Shown: positions 1 to 12,214, counted from the first letter of the whole stretch. The stretch: DNA of 63,898 bases, filler included, from 14 parts of 14 records of this genome joined end to end with filler, not necessarily neighbours in it, one strand, 5' to 3'. Notes: a model not told the origin generated them from the letters alone. Made by a program: numbers and translations.

Positions 1-226
1 AGGGTGCAATACAGACGCTTGATTGATTGATTGAGAGTTCATTGATAAAGACTAACTCAGTAAAGACACTGACTGAGTGAGACAGTATCCGCAGCAGTAC
101 CGGTAAACTAATAGTAAACAACGTCACGGTGCACTGAATGGTGCTAGATCGTACGAATACTAGATTGTACTCGTTGACCTCGTACATGTGTATTCACACG
201 ATTGTTTTCCCAAGTTCTCATGAAGT

Positions 227-1861
227 CTAATTGATCAAACCGATCTTATCGTAGAAACCGTGGCCGAGCCAAAAGTCACACACCTCGTGCCTATAGTGCG
301 GCGCCGACCGCTCGGGCAACCTCAGGTCCACGACACTTTCCTCGCCACCAAATTGCGGCCAAGCGCTCACCCGGCCGGTTGCGGCAAACTCCCATATCCA
401 GGCCCTAACCGCGGCGCCAAACTCCTTGTCTCGGGACGAAAAGTTGTACGCAAAGGCCACAGGGTCGTACCGAGGTTGGAAGGCAGCAAACATGTCGATT
501 GCGTGAAAGGAATATTGTGGGCAATACTGAGGCTGGAACCGATTGAACCCTGCCAGGGCGCAGAAGCCAGGTGGGGTGCTCATCACCTGGCTCACCGCGT
601 ACAAGTAGACCGATTGTGCTCGCATGGCCCTGGCAAGATGCACTGAAGGGCAGAATGTTGTGGCGTCGGTGATCATCTCGGAGTAGGCCTTTTGCGGCGG
701 ATCCGACCGGTACAGTGCAAGCATTTGCCGGATAAACGAGCGGTTGTAGTACGGCGCAAACTGACTGGCCACAAACACCTCGAATTGACTAGAGGTCATG
801 TTCCGGACGTCATCTCCCGGTGAGAAATCACTCTCTTCTCTTGCCACTCCAATAATCACCGGCACGCCAGGGTTGGCAGGCGACTGCTGGAATCCGCTGA
901 TATAATCTACTGGGATCGACCAGCCGTCAATCAGCAGCAGCGGCGCGTACTGCCATCGAGGCGCGAACACTCCGAGGCTCCAGCCATCTGACGACCAATT
1001 GTCGGGCACGGCAGCGATCATCTCAGTTTCATTTAGACTATACAGACATGCCCTGAGCGCCGACCGTTCAACAGAGCTGCACCGCGTCCTCTGCACCGCC
1101 TGCCTGTGCCAGTACTGCTGCGCCTCATTCACTGTGCTATTCAGACGGGGCGATCCCGACATGCTCACGCCTCCGCTGAACAACCCTCGCGCAAGCGGAG
1201 AGCCCAACAGTCCAAACACGAGTGAGCCGCCGGAGCTCTGGCCCCAAACTGTCACCTTGGTCGGATCTCCCCCGAAGTGGGCGATGTTTCGTTGGATCCA
1301 GCCCAGTCCGGAGATCACATCGAGCAGCCCATAGTTGGCGCGGGGCCCCAGCTCGGCCAGGCTGAGCCAGCCGGCCAGATTGAGCCGGTATTCTATCGAG
1401 ACCACCACAGCCCTATTGCCTGCGGTCAGGTTGGCCTGCGAGCCGAATCCGGACTGCAGGCTGAAGCTCGAGCCTTCCACGAGGTCGCCCCCGTGCAGCC
1501 AGACAATCACTGGCACAGCGGCCGGCCCCCGCATGTTCCTGGTGTGCACGTGCAGCCGCAGGCAGTCCTCGCTGGTGCGCGGATTGGCACCGAAACGGGA
1601 CTTCTGCAGGCAAGCAGGCCCCGGCTCCGTCGCCTCCAGCGTGCCCGCCCAGCACCCGCCGCCCTCGGCCAGCGGCACCGGCGGTCTCCAGCGCCGCTGG
1701 CCGGTCGGGGGCAGCGCGTAGGGCAGACCGGCGAACTCGGCCGCACCATCCGACAGGAACCGGCCGCGGACTGGGCCACACTCGGTGCGGGCCACAGGAC
1801 GCGGCAGTGCTGCGCACGAGGCCGCCCAGATCGTCACGGCCCAAATGCCCGACCGCGACAT
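227..1861 (-). CDS. Secreted type-B carboxylesterase/cholinesterase-like hydrolase (intronless)
   Basis: 544-aa ORF with a hydrophobic N-terminus, GLPYALPPTGQRRWRPP, SEDCLRLHVH, WLHGG oxyanion loop, YRL, NYGLLD, nucleophile elbow WGQSSGG and a late His (FHAID). Confidence 0.93.
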   Translation of the reverse strand: MSRSGIWAVTIWAASCAALPRPVARTECGPVRGRFLSDGAAEFAGLPYALPPTGQRRWRPPVPLAEGGGCWAGTLEATEPGPACLQKSRFGANPRTSEDCLRLHVHTRNMRGPAAVPVIVWLHGGDLVEGSSFSLQSGFGSQANLTAGNRAVVVSIEYRLNLAGWLSLAELGPRANYGLLDVISGLGWIQRNIAHFGGDPTKVTVWGQSSGGSLVFGLLGSPLARGLFSGGVSMSGSPRLNSTVNEAQQYWHRQAVQRTRCSSVERSALRACLYSLNETEMIAAVPDNWSSDGWSLGVFAPRWQYAPLLLIDGWSIPVDYISGFQQSPANPGVPVIIGVAREESDFSPGDDVRNMTSSQFEVFVASQFAPYYNRSFIRQMLALYRSDPPQKAYSEMITDATTFCPSVHLARAMRAQSVYLYAVSQVMSTPPGFCALAGFNRFQPQYCPQYSFHAIDMFAAFQPRYDPVAFAYNFSSRDKEFGAAVRAWIWEFAATGRVSAWPQFGGEESVVDLRLPERSAPHYRHEVCDFWLGHGFYDKIGLIN

Positions 1862-1876
1862 GCTGATGGTGCACGT

Positions 1877-1892
1877 CCGTTACGAGTAACGG
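1877..1892. promoter_or_regulatory. Palindromic CCGTTAC-GA-GTAACGG in a 36-nt divergent spacer (putative bidirectional promoter element)
   Basis: Perfect 7-bp inverted repeat between start codons at 1861 (-) and 1898 (+); the half-site recurs upstream of many other genes. Confidence 0.55.
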
Positions 1893-1897
1893 CTTCA

Positions 1898-2848
1898 ATG
1901 ATGAAGAGCCTGGACGGCGACCTGAGCCTGCGGCTGATCAAGCAGGTGGTCTGGGAGCACGGCTGGCTGCTCTGCCGGCTGGTCTGCCGCGAGTGGCGCT
2001 CCGTCGCCGACGCGGCCCCCATCCAGTCGCTCACCCTGATGCTGGCCGCCCCAGCCGAACCGTGCATAAGGCTGCTTCGGCAGCTCCCGGGGATCCAAGA
2101 GGTCGTCTTCTCGGCCCAGCAGCCGGTGCCCGAGGGGCGTCGGGCCCCGGACGAGGCTTTGCTCGCCGCGCTGGCGGAGTGCCCCCGGCTGGAGAGGGTG
2201 CGGCTGCCCGGGTGCCTGCTGCCGGCCCGGGCGAGCCTGGGTCCAGCCGGGTGCCGCTGGGCGCACCGGGTGGAGGTGCTCGGGCCGGGCTGCCTGCTGC
2301 TGGCCCACCCGTCCCAGTTCTCAGAAGTGCAGACCTATTTCCACCAGACTGTGCTCATGCTGACTGAGCACGCCCCAAACGGATCCAAGGCGCTCATCCT
2401 CGGCCGACACAGCCGGCGGCACCGGCTCGGCACCGCTGGGCTGCCCGAGGGCTGGACCCGAGATTGGCTCCCTCGGTTCGAGGACTCCAAGGTGTACCAG
2501 GGCGGGGACGTCGGGATGGGCAATGGGATCCGGTTGCTCCACACTGGACCGGCGCTGATAGAGGGCACGACGGTAATCGGAGCACCGCACGCTGTTCATT
2601 TGGTAGAGCCGGAGCAGCTGAGCGACGCGCTGCTGGACCGGGCGGCTCGACTGGCCCAAGCCGGAGAGGCTGTGCACCCGATGGTGGGCCGGTGCGGGTG
2701 GGGTCCCGGCCAGCTGGAGGCTGAGCTGGGCGAGCGGGTCTGGTTTGGGGTTTGCTGCCAGCCGGAGATGGTGCACGACCTGCTCAAGGAGCGGGTGGAC
2801 AGCAGGCGGTTTTGGCAAGCGATGCTCGAGATGGCTTGTGTGACATGA
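1898..2848 (+). CDS. F-box-like protein fused to a DUF179 (AlgH/YqgE) domain
   Basis: N-terminus MKSLDGDLSLRLI...LCRLVCREWRSVA is F-box-like. C-terminus has LLLAHP..FHQTVLML.EH..GSKALIL, YQGGDV and GRCGWGPGQLEAEL...W, typical of DUF179. Real start is ATG 1898, not the ORF start at 1277. Confidence 0.75.
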   Translation: MMKSLDGDLSLRLIKQVVWEHGWLLCRLVCREWRSVADAAPIQSLTLMLAAPAEPCIRLLRQLPGIQEVVFSAQQPVPEGRRAPDEALLAALAECPRLERVRLPGCLLPARASLGPAGCRWAHRVEVLGPGCLLLAHPSQFSEVQTYFHQTVLMLTEHAPNGSKALILGRHSRRHRLGTAGLPEGWTRDWLPRFEDSKVYQGGDVGMGNGIRLLHTGPALIEGTTVIGAPHAVHLVEPEQLSDALLDRAARLAQAGEAVHPMVGRCGWGPGQLEAELGERVWFGVCCQPEMVHDLLKERVDSRRFWQAMLEMACVT

Positions 2849-3121
2849 TTGCGTGATTGTGACTACAACATGCACCGATTGGGCCGGGGACGTTGCTGAC
2901 GGATGCGGCGGATGCCTAGAATGATGCGTAAATGATGCGCGTTACTGTATTTCAAATCGTAAAGTGAATTGAACAAAAGTTTACTCGCGGTCTAGAGAGA
3001 AGCCGTGCCTTTGGTGCCCCACCTTCTTATTTTGTGCACCGGCTGCACCCACGAATATCAAGTAACGGCATCGATATCCGATCCAGCACCGGCAGCCTTG
3101 CCAGCGCGGTGACCCGGTCCG

Positions 3122-4656
3122 ATGTCCTCGGGCCGGTACTATCGGGTGTGGCCCAGCCAGGCCAGGCCAGTGCTAACTGGCCGGTGCGGCAGCTCGACAC
3201 GGCCGCGGGCAGCCTGTCGGCGGACGAGGCGCCGGAGAGCCCCGATAGCCGGTCCCGGTACGGCGACAAGGCCCCTTACTTCCTCGAGGACCAGCCCCAG
3301 TCGGCCACCTTTGCGGCCGGGATCAGCTCGCTCTCGGATGGCGAGCTGCAGGGCCCCAGCGCCCAGTCGGACGACGAAGCCCGATACAGCAGCCGGAGCC
3401 GGCGCAAAACAAACCTGAAGGCAGCCCGGGCCAGCGGGCCGGCTGATCCGGGGCGCAGACGTTGCGGCAGCACCACATGGGGCTGTGGCGATCCAAGCAG
3501 CTCAAGAAGCTAAAGAAAGCCCCTGAGAAGTCAACGCCGCGCACCCCGCGGTACACAGAGCCAGTCTCGCCCGACGCCCGGCTGCCGATCGCGTGCAAAT
3601 GCACCGCAGACTCTTATGACATGCAGGCGCTCTTCTCTTACGTGCCCGGCTGGCGCCTGGGCCGGGCTTGAGCATGGGGGCAGTACACGCACCACGAGAT
3701 GAACCCGCAGATCTTTGACGACGTGGTGCATGTAGAATTCGGGCTGCTGCTAGGCTCGGCGCTAGAGCTGGCGCTGAGTGGCGGGGAGAGCAAGATGGCC
3801 ACCTGGACGCTCAGCCAGGCTAAAGCCGGTAGCCGGCTGCCGCGGGCGGTCGGGTGATCGGGACCAGGCGAGCGAGCGTTTGACGCTTTCTTCTTCCCGT
3901 TTGGGGTTTTTGTTTGCTGGGGGGTGTCAGAAAACGAGATAGCGGCGCTCCAGGAGGAATTGACCGAGTTTGAGGTCAAGCCGCTCGAGCCGGAGGACGT
4001 GTACGGCGAGGAATTCGATTTCCGTTACGACAACCGAATTTACATCAACAGACTGAAGGACGAGATTGTTTTAGACGACAGGTTTAGTCGGGCCGATGAC
4101 GTGGACGCTAAGCTGGCGATCTCGCACGGACTGTCGCTCTGTGTGAAGCTGTCGGTGCGGGGAGGGCTGGGGTTGGGGTTATGACGGGGCGAGGTATTCG
4201 AGGAGGAAGTTGAGAAGACAATTCAGGAGACCAAGCATTTACCCGAGGAGCTCGCGCTGGATGGGTCGATCCATATGACAAACGACGAGATCTCCAAGAT
4301 CATCGGCGAGATATTCATCCAACGGAACTCGGTCAATCTGCACTTAGATGTGCTGGATATGCCAGATTTCTTCTGGGAACGGTATGCAATGTGCTGCCGC
4401 AGCCTGGAGCCGGGGCAGGCCTGAGCTGGAGCCGCTATACAAGCTAACCCGGTCCTATCTGGATCTGAACAAGCGGGTGGATATCCTCAACCGTCGGCTG
4501 GACGTGCTGAAGGAGCTGCTCGAGATCCTGAAGGACCAGCTCAACACGCAGCACGCAAGCACGTTAGAGTGGATTGTGATTTGGCTGATTGTGCTCGAGC
4601 TGTGCATCAGCGTAATCTGGAACATTCTGATCAAGGGCGTGCTGCACTGGGTTTGA
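3122..4656 (+). CDS. RMD1: RMD1/RMND1 (DUF155) family protein, about 6 short introns
   Basis: Spliced protein contains CTADSYD, FFFPFGVFVCWG, KLAISHGLSLCVKLSVFEE, DMPDFFWE, YLDLNKRVDILNRRL and LEWIVIWLI. Introns are 37-47 nt, including GC-AG 3421-3458. Confidence 0.88.
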
Positions 4657-5005
4657 ACCCTCGGTGAGCACTCAATGTGTGTTGCGTGTTGAGTTGTTGC
4701 GTTCTAATTCATATGCTTGTAATTTAAAAAAAACTTGCGTTGCACATGGCTCAATCAGCCGTGCACACAACCGCTTAAATTAAATTATGATCTGTTTATT
4801 CAATTATCATTATCGTCTGCCAGCAAGTATTGTGACTCCAGGTCGAACTCACATGCCCACAGTGACATGCCACATACTGTATATACTCATAATCTGGGTC
4901 AAACTGACTCATCGCCGTATACTGTACGTACAGTACCCACCGTCCGGCCACCGCCAACGCTCGTCGCCGGTCATATTAACCCACCTGAACTCTTTGACAC
5001 AGCTG

Positions 5006-5580
5006 CTAGCAGATTGTGCCTCGTCGGTTTCTCCTTCGTGGGCCTTTGGGCTGCTCCATCACCTGCTGAGGAGACCGGCATGAGCTGCTATTCCGCTTCT
5101 CCTCCTGCTGCTCGGCTTCTTTTGCGGCCTGCGCCCGGGCCGTGGCTATGTGGCACGCGGCGTTCTCTTCATGAACAAGATCGGCCATGCTCTTGTCTAG
5201 TTTCACCGTAGCATCTACTGTCGTATTGCGTTTCTCATTGTCATCCGGGTCGTTCAGCTCAGCCGCAATTGCCTGGCATCGGAGCCGCAGCTGGTGCGCT
5301 ATGACCTGCGGCTCGCAGCAGCTAAACTGGAGCACCCGCTTCGTCCTGACGACCCGCTCAGTACAGCGTCTGGAGGGATCGCCCACCGGGTCTGCGTGCG
5401 GCGACCCGAAGTGGGACTCACTGACTGGCCGGCCACGCTCAGCTGCAGCATCTCCTCCTCGTTGACGAGCTTTCCCTCGCCCTGTGCATCCGCTCCCGCG
5501 GGCCAGCCGATCAGGTCGGTACCCAACTCAGGATGTTGAAGAAGTGGAAAACCTCCAGCGGCTTCTTCTCCTTGGGGCTC
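5006..5580 (-). CDS. 3' fragment of an unidentified intron-containing gene (cut by linker)
   Basis: Exon-like segments (GEGKLVNEEEMLQLSV; KRVLQFSCCEPQVIAHQL...AAKEAEQQEEK) separated by about 41-nt GT-AG introns; no family recognised. Confidence 0.45.
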
Positions 5581-5680
5581 NNNNNNNNNNNNNNNNNNNN
5601 NNNNNNNNNNNNNNNNNNNNNNNNTTAATTAATTAANNNNNNNNNNNNNNNNNNNNNNNNNNNNNNNNNNNNNNNNNNNN
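5581..5680. other. Artificial contig linker N44-TTAATTAATTAA-N44; also at 13065, 17392, 22170, 28217, 32529, 37786, 41091, 44563, 47824, 51236, 55298 and 60457 (100 nt each)
   Basis: Identical 100-nt spacers with stop codons in all six frames; genes are truncated at them. Confidence 0.98.
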
Positions 5681-6168
5681 GGCAGTCTCGAGGATGATCC
5701 CTGCGAGAGGTACAACCGAATGAACGGTGAGACTTTGGGCACTCAACCTAGCAGCTTAGCGGAAAGCGCGAGGTGCCCACCGCAGAGAAATCATTGACAG
5801 CGAAATATCCGATCCCCTTGGGGCAAGCCGCGGAGAGGATGTAGTATGCGGATCGAGCGAGCGTGGGGAGTCGGTGCACGAGTGGCCGAGCCCGACTTAT
5901 CTCGTTGTGATTTCGTTGTGATTTGGTAAAAATGAACAACGTATATGTAAGTACAGCAATGCGTGTAGAATCAACGTTTAGTGCATCCACCCGCATTGGT
6001 TCTCATCTAGGTGTGTCCACCGCCACCTTCGCTTCGTTCTCAAATGCATAGCATGCCCATGCATGCAGGTCGAAAATCAACGGATCAGCCTTGTTGGTGC
6101 CGGCGAAGTTGGTGCCGGCGAAGCCCGTCGCCTCGGCCAGCCCGTCCCATCCCGCGGTGCCGGCTGGC

Positions 6169-8729
6169 ATGTCGTCGGACCCTGTGACCGAGCTGCTCTC
6201 GGCACTTGGGCAGGTGCTGGCGATGATAGCGCTCGGCTCGCTCTGCGCCAAGCTCAAGCTGGTGCCGGAGGGGGCGCCGCAGGGCATCGGGCTGATAGTG
6301 GGCACCTTCGCCCTGCCGGCGGTGTTTCTCCAGAACGCCGCCTCGATGGACTTTGGGGCGTTCGACCTGCGCGTGCTCGGGGCTGTGGTGGCTGCGCGCT
6401 ACTCGATGCTGGCGCTGGCCTGCGCGATGACCAAGCTGCTCGACCCAGCGTCGGCCAACTTGAAAGGCGCGATGGGGCTGCACGGGCTGTTCTGCACCCA
6501 GAGCAATGACGTGGCGATCGGCCTGCCCATTGTAACTGCAATCTACCCGAACGGGACCAGCTATCCGGCCAACTACCCGGGCTATCTGGTGCTGCTCTCG
6601 ACCATACAAGTGGTGCTGGTCAATCCGGCCTGCATCACGCTGCTAGAGTGGGGCAAGTCCGAGCAGCCCAAAGCCGGTGCGCTCGATTCCAAAAGGGGCC
6701 TGGCGGAGCGGTCAATAGGGCTGAAGGTGGCCAAAGGCGTGGTGACCAGTCCGTTGGTGGTGGGCTCTGTGGTCGGGCTCATAATCAACTTCAGCTGCGG
6801 GAGCGGCTGCTTGGACGGCGGAGTGTTCGGGGAGCTCTTCGCCAAAATTGGGGACGCGTACACCTTCTGCGCGCTGTTCTTGACTGGGGTCTCAATGGCA
6901 GCGAGACCAGTCGACGAAGTGCTGCCCGGCAGTACTCAGCGGAAGCAGAAGCTAGTGCCTGTCGGGATGGTGGTCGCGCTTGTCCTGGGCAAGTCGGTTA
7001 TCCTGCCGATTCTGATCCGGCTCTTTCTTTCTGGATTCTTGCCCTCGAGGCCGCAGTCGCTCTCAAATGTGACCCAAATCTGCCATCCTGCAGTGTGAGA
7101 TGTGCTGCAGGTGCTCGACTTTGGATATCTCTACGGGACACTCCCCGTCGCATCCCTGCCTGTTGTTCTCGCTAATCAGCACCAGTTGCAACCAACCATG
7201 ATAGCTGTGGCCTCGGTAAGTGCCTTGGTGGCTGGAGCTGACGGGGCGGCAGGTTGTTAGCACGTTTGTTTCAATGCCACTGCTAGTGATCAGTGCAGTT
7301 ATCTTCATGTCTCCACACTCAAACTCCATTTACAACCTGGCTAGGGATATCTCAGAGGCGCGCAACATGCATGCGCCTTGCCTGACTCTGCGCTGTGCCA
7401 GATTGCATGCGTCGTCTCGATTGTCATGCTGTTAGCTTTGTTTCTACTATTTTATGTCAATTGGAGACGATGGAACGTGCAGCCGATGCAAGCTGTTTTG
7501 CAGCTCGCCATTGCGGAAATGCTCTTTGCTGCGACTCTTCTCATCTGTGAGAATTATGGCGACGGTTCCTACAAATGGGCTTATTGGACTGCGTTTTATT
7601 TCCGAAACGCAACTCATTTCTGGGTCTGTGGTGTCGCCTTCATGCTACTCAGGCTGGCATATACCATGTACAACACGCTTAATGTCCTTAGACTACGAGC
7701 CCTCATGGCAATCTGCTGGGGCGGGCCTGCTGTGTTGGTACTTGTGGAGGCGTTGACAGAGCGCGGCATCGATGACTCCATGAAGCAGTATCGCGTCACA
7801 TGCTGGTAGCCGATCCCCAACGGCTGAGATGTATGTGCTAATTCAGTGTACTGCGCAGGTACCACGCTTCACAGCAAGTTTATGTTGGGGTGGCCATCGG
7901 TCTCGTGTGCATGGCAATGATGGGCACCGCCTTGCTGTGCATCGTGCGCTCTGATATGAGACGGCGAAGCCAGGTTCTAGGTTCAGAACCGTTGCTAGAA
8001 AATGATGCATTAGGAAGTATAGCTGATTCGGACCGAGGATCTGATATAAACCATGCATCGCTGCCCTCTGGTGTCATCCCCAAACTTCTACCAGAATCCG
8101 GACCAAACCTGCCGTCCGACGAGGATGGCATCCTTAGCGAATTGTCAGACGAACACCAGATTCGCTGTAAACAAGACCTAGATGACATTATTCAGTTCAA
8201 CTTTAGTGTGAGGGTGAAGGCTCTAATTGCTATCCACTTCCTCAGATTGAGCCTTATGCTGACCCTGCAATCACAGATGCTCAGCCATGTGAGTCCCGAC
8301 GGCAGCTTTGATGTCCAACTGCTTTTTGCTGTTGTGCTGGTCGACGGTAGTGGTACCATCACTTCAATGGTGGTCTTGTGGAGAAATCCACATGTAGCAA
8401 ATCTGGTGCAGCGAGTGAGAGAGGCACTCATGTTCGAGACTTCACTCCATGAGGAAGTCCCGTGGCTTGGCGAGCACGAGATTACGACCCGGGGCCGCGC
8501 CAGCAGCTTAATGTCGCACGGGCCGACGTGGCCCTCGATGACGCCAAGCCAGTCGATGACGACTGCTGGGACAAATAGATTCAGCAGCATCTCTGAAGAG
8601 AGCCTCGAAGTAAAACCTGAGCCGCAGACATGCATCGGGCCCCAGACACTTGAGTACGAGTACGGCGTCGCTCAAGGTGAACGAGATCAAAATCATTATC
8701 AAAATCATGACCAACCTTCGACATTGTAG
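6169..8729 (+). CDS. GPR155: GPR155/LYCHOS-like protein: PIN-like (auxin-efflux-carrier fold) transporter domain plus 7TM GPCR-like domain; 4 introns
   Basis: GLFCTQSNDVAIGLPIV..IY...YP.YLVL......VNP, GKSVILP, GYLYGTLPVA and VVSTFVSMPLLVISA track the GPR155 transporter domain as I recall it. Seven more hydrophobic helices follow, with a long polar loop before the last two. Introns start at 7069 (to 7110), about 7216, about 7358 (GC donor) and about 7806. Confidence 0.82.
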
Positions 8730-8861
8730 CAAATACTACAATCATGTAAACAAATACTAGCGTTTATTCTCAATAAATACATGTACATGTAGTTTATCAT
8801 TGAGAACGTACATATATATCAAGGATCTATCTAGACTAAAAGTAGAGTAATCAGTATGAGA

Positions 8862-11800
8862 TCAATCGCCTGACGTGCTATTCAAGACAAATCCGAAAGG
8901 CGCACTTTGTCGACTTTGGGTTGGTTGTTCAGCCACTTGGGTTGTATTACTTGTTGAGTATTCGGGCTCTTGTTGGGTCTCGTAATTATAGCCGGTGATA
9001 GGGCACAGATGGTGCTCGCTACCAAGGCACATTAGATGCACCACAACCAGTGGCTCCTCGCTCGTCTCTTCAATTCTTACACAAGTCGACGGAACGTCCA
9101 GAATCCCTTCTGGTGGCGGTCTGCGGGGCAGCACGCCCAGTGCCGCATTGCCGAGCTTGCGATGGCATACCGGGCAAATGTGATTCTGGTCCACCTGGCC
9201 CGACGTCACACCCTCGCCCGCTGCTATCAGGGCACCTTAATGCCCGGCCGCGTGGCTCGGATCGCCTCGAGCTGTAGCTGCTCCAGCCTTTGCTTACACA
9301 GCGGCTTCTCAAGCTTCCGTGTTCGGCAGCTGTGTGAGCTCTGAAGCAGCGCTTTCTCTAGGAACGTACTGACGGCTTTGATTGGAGTGGACGGTGGAAG
9401 CATCGCAATAGCCTCGATTGGGTCAAACCTGCCGCACGGATCAGGTGAGCTACAAGCGGCCATTCCACCTCTCGCCAAACTTTTCAAGCAGACCGAGCGC
9501 AGCTGTGAGGTTTGCTGCTTCCGGGCCACGCTCGGGCGGAGGAGTAAGGTAAACTTTTAAAAGTGTGTTAAACACCGAACTGCTCTGTTCGCCGTCTCGC
9601 TCGGTGGCTGAGCAGTAGGCCTCGGCTGCCTGGACTGCAGTAGCAGCATCTGTGTGCCACACGATCAAGACCAGGGCCTGGTAATGCTGCTGCGACTTGC
9701 GGAACAATATGGCCTTCTCTCGCACCATCGCGGCGCCAGATGCGCCACTCATCACGTGGTGGCGAAGCAGCACCGACCATTCGACCGCATCTGAGTGCTC
9801 AAGAAATTCCCGCAATCGTTCGCGCTCGGGGCTGTCCGGATCGGCCTCAGACGCACCCTCGAGATACCGCTGCGCCAGCATGGTGTGCAGTGAGGACTGC
9901 TGCTCTGCTGTGTAGCCATCTGGGTTGGCGGTGGCCCATTCGAGGAATTGCAGCATCAATTGGTGTGGGTAGTACTGCAAATGACTGATCACCAGCTGCG
10001 GATCCAACCGCTCAGCCCGTTGGCACGGCGCAAAGATCCGGATGGCCGTTTGTGCAAAGTCTTGCAGCAACCATTTGGAGTAGTCCATCAGCACTGCTGT
10101 GTCCGAGCACTCAGCCAGCAACTGCACACTCTCCTCCACCCCAGCTGGTGCCCCATCCTCGCCTGACCCGCCACGGTCCGGCGCTTCACCCCTTGCGACG
10201 CTCTGAAACAAATCGAGCGCCTGTGGCAGCTTGCCCTGCCGGCGCCACAGCCAGCCGAGTGCGCAGTTGTACTGATTCTCCTGGAGCAGTTGAGCAGCAG
10301 CCGGCTCCGAGAGCAGAACTCGGGTCTGATCCCTCACTAGCTCGGCCAGTTTGCTGCCCAGGTCCAAGTGCACATACAACTGGAGCAGCGCCGTGTTGAT
10401 ATTTGCCAGCTGCTCAGGCCACTGCTGATCCGCCCGCCCGAGAGAAGCTTCAAGAAAGCGCATCAGTGCTGTCCGGGCCTGCTCCGTGCATAGCTCGCGG
10501 TCGCCCTCGGCGACAACAGTAGACATGACCACAGCCAGGTCACATTCCGCCGCACTCATCGACCGGCGGCTGTCGCCACTGTTGCGCGGTACTGCCTGCC
10601 TGGCAGCTGGCCTCTTGTCCTGGGAGTACTGTGGGAAGAGGTTGATCACGTCTGAGGGCGGGATCTGGGCCTGCTTGAAGTGCGCCATCGCATGTTGGAA
10701 CTCCATATCCTGCCCCGGCAGTCTGCACCGGCCAGGCCAGCAGTCGGGCTGCCTGGAAGTAGACGAATCCAGCCTCGGTATGCACTCGAAGCAGCTCGTC
10801 CCTTCGGTCTCGCTCAGACATGTTGGAGTCGCGCTGCAGCAAGTCTATTGCCTCGGGCACCTGGCACCAGTTTGCTGTGATCGGACAGGACCGACCTTCT
10901 TTGAGAGAACAAGCGAGCTCACTTGCTGGGCCACAGAGAGCTGGCACAGCTGGTATATCCGGGCAGAGGTGGCTGCCCAAAGCTCTCGAGGGCCGCGCCC
11001 GGTCACTGCAACAGCCTTGGGGATGGCCACTGTCTGGATGCAGGTGGATGTGTCGTACAGCGAGTGCACTTCGACGCACTGGTCGTGCAGTGCTACCACA
11101 AAAGGGAAGGAGCAGGCCACCGCTACAGGTGGAAGCAGCCACCCCACCTGGGGGCGAGACACCTGCTGCTGCTCTGGGTCCATGAGCACTCCAATCCTCC
11201 CGAGCACAAGCAGCAGTTCCGCCGTCTCCGGTATCAACAACACCAGAGGATCGCACTTGTCTGTTATATCAAACAGGTCCTCGAAGTTGCCTGTCAGCAA
11301 ACTCAGCTGGGCAACGGGCCTGGGTGACCGGTCTCCTGATGCATCATGATGTACTGCTGCTTGAACCCCAAGCAGAGCATGCTGCCCGGCCAGGCACCGG
11401 AGAGCGCTGGGCCCGGTAGCGATAGCTCTCGTTCCTGTGTGAATCTGCCCGCCTCGAGCCCGAAGATGACCATTTTCTTCTTGCAACCCACCGCCACCTG
11501 CCAGCGCAGTCCGGCAGACCATCCCCTGGGGCATACCCGCGGCTTGGTGATGTGCGGTACCAATAGCGTGGCGTTGCTGACCAGCGGTGTGTCCATGTGA
11601 GGCTGGAGCGTATCGGCGCGCAGCACGCGTACCACCCCATCGCCCAGCACCAGCACCAGCCCCCCAAGCAGCACCAGCTGCGCGATCGGCTTGCCGCTCA
11701 CCACCGCGTGCTCCGCCACCGCCGCCCCGGGCTGCCCCGGGCTATACAGCATCAACCGGCCGTCGGCTCGCCCCAGATATATCCGGTTGGCTTCGGCGGC

Positions 11801-12214
11801 CACGGCGCTGATCTGGCTGGAGGGCACCTGGCTGATGAACAGGTTGGTTTCGAAGGCTGCCCCGAGGTCCGAGGTGTGACTGGGCGAGGCCACGCCGGCC
11901 GGGCCGCCAGAGGCTCGCTCGAGCACCTCCATCCACGCGGCCTTGTCCTCCTGACAGTAGGCCCGGATGTTGTACTTGCGCAGCCTGCAGTCCAGCCGGA
12001 AGTTGCAGTAGCCGCTGCGCGAGGGCACGTCCACCACCGCCAGGATGTCCGAGGCAGGGACTGACCCGCGCGCGGTGCCAATGTCGGAGGTGTCGCCCTG
12101 CTTGAGCCACCAGCGGAGCAGCCCGCCGTCGAGCACGAAGTAGCGGTCCTGGTAGTGGTCGAAGATCCCGTTCCCCTTCTTCTGGAGCAGCCCCTCGTAG
12201 TGCACCTCCGCCAT
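8862..12214 (-). CDS. Vps39/Vps3 (TGFBRAP1)-family tethering subunit with N-terminal PH domain; several introns
   Basis: PH domain (YEGLLQKKG..YQDRYFVL..LRWW..KAAWMEVL), CNH propeller (IYLGRADGRL, PFVVALHDQCVEVHS), alpha-solenoid (INTALLQLY, HYQALVLIV..AEAYC) and C-terminal CPVCHRKLG...VHLMC..CPITG. Confidence 0.85.

Noticed and set aside
1277-1897. Long antisense or overlapping ORF extensions (also 37952-38545, 46210-46695, 48655-49866)
   Set aside because: Shadow ORFs expected in high-GC DNA; they are the reverse strand of real genes.
6169-12214. Lysosomal gene cluster (GPR155 next to Vps39, LMBD1 elsewhere)
   Set aside because: Only one true adjacency, and LMBD1 is on another contig; chance is sufficient.
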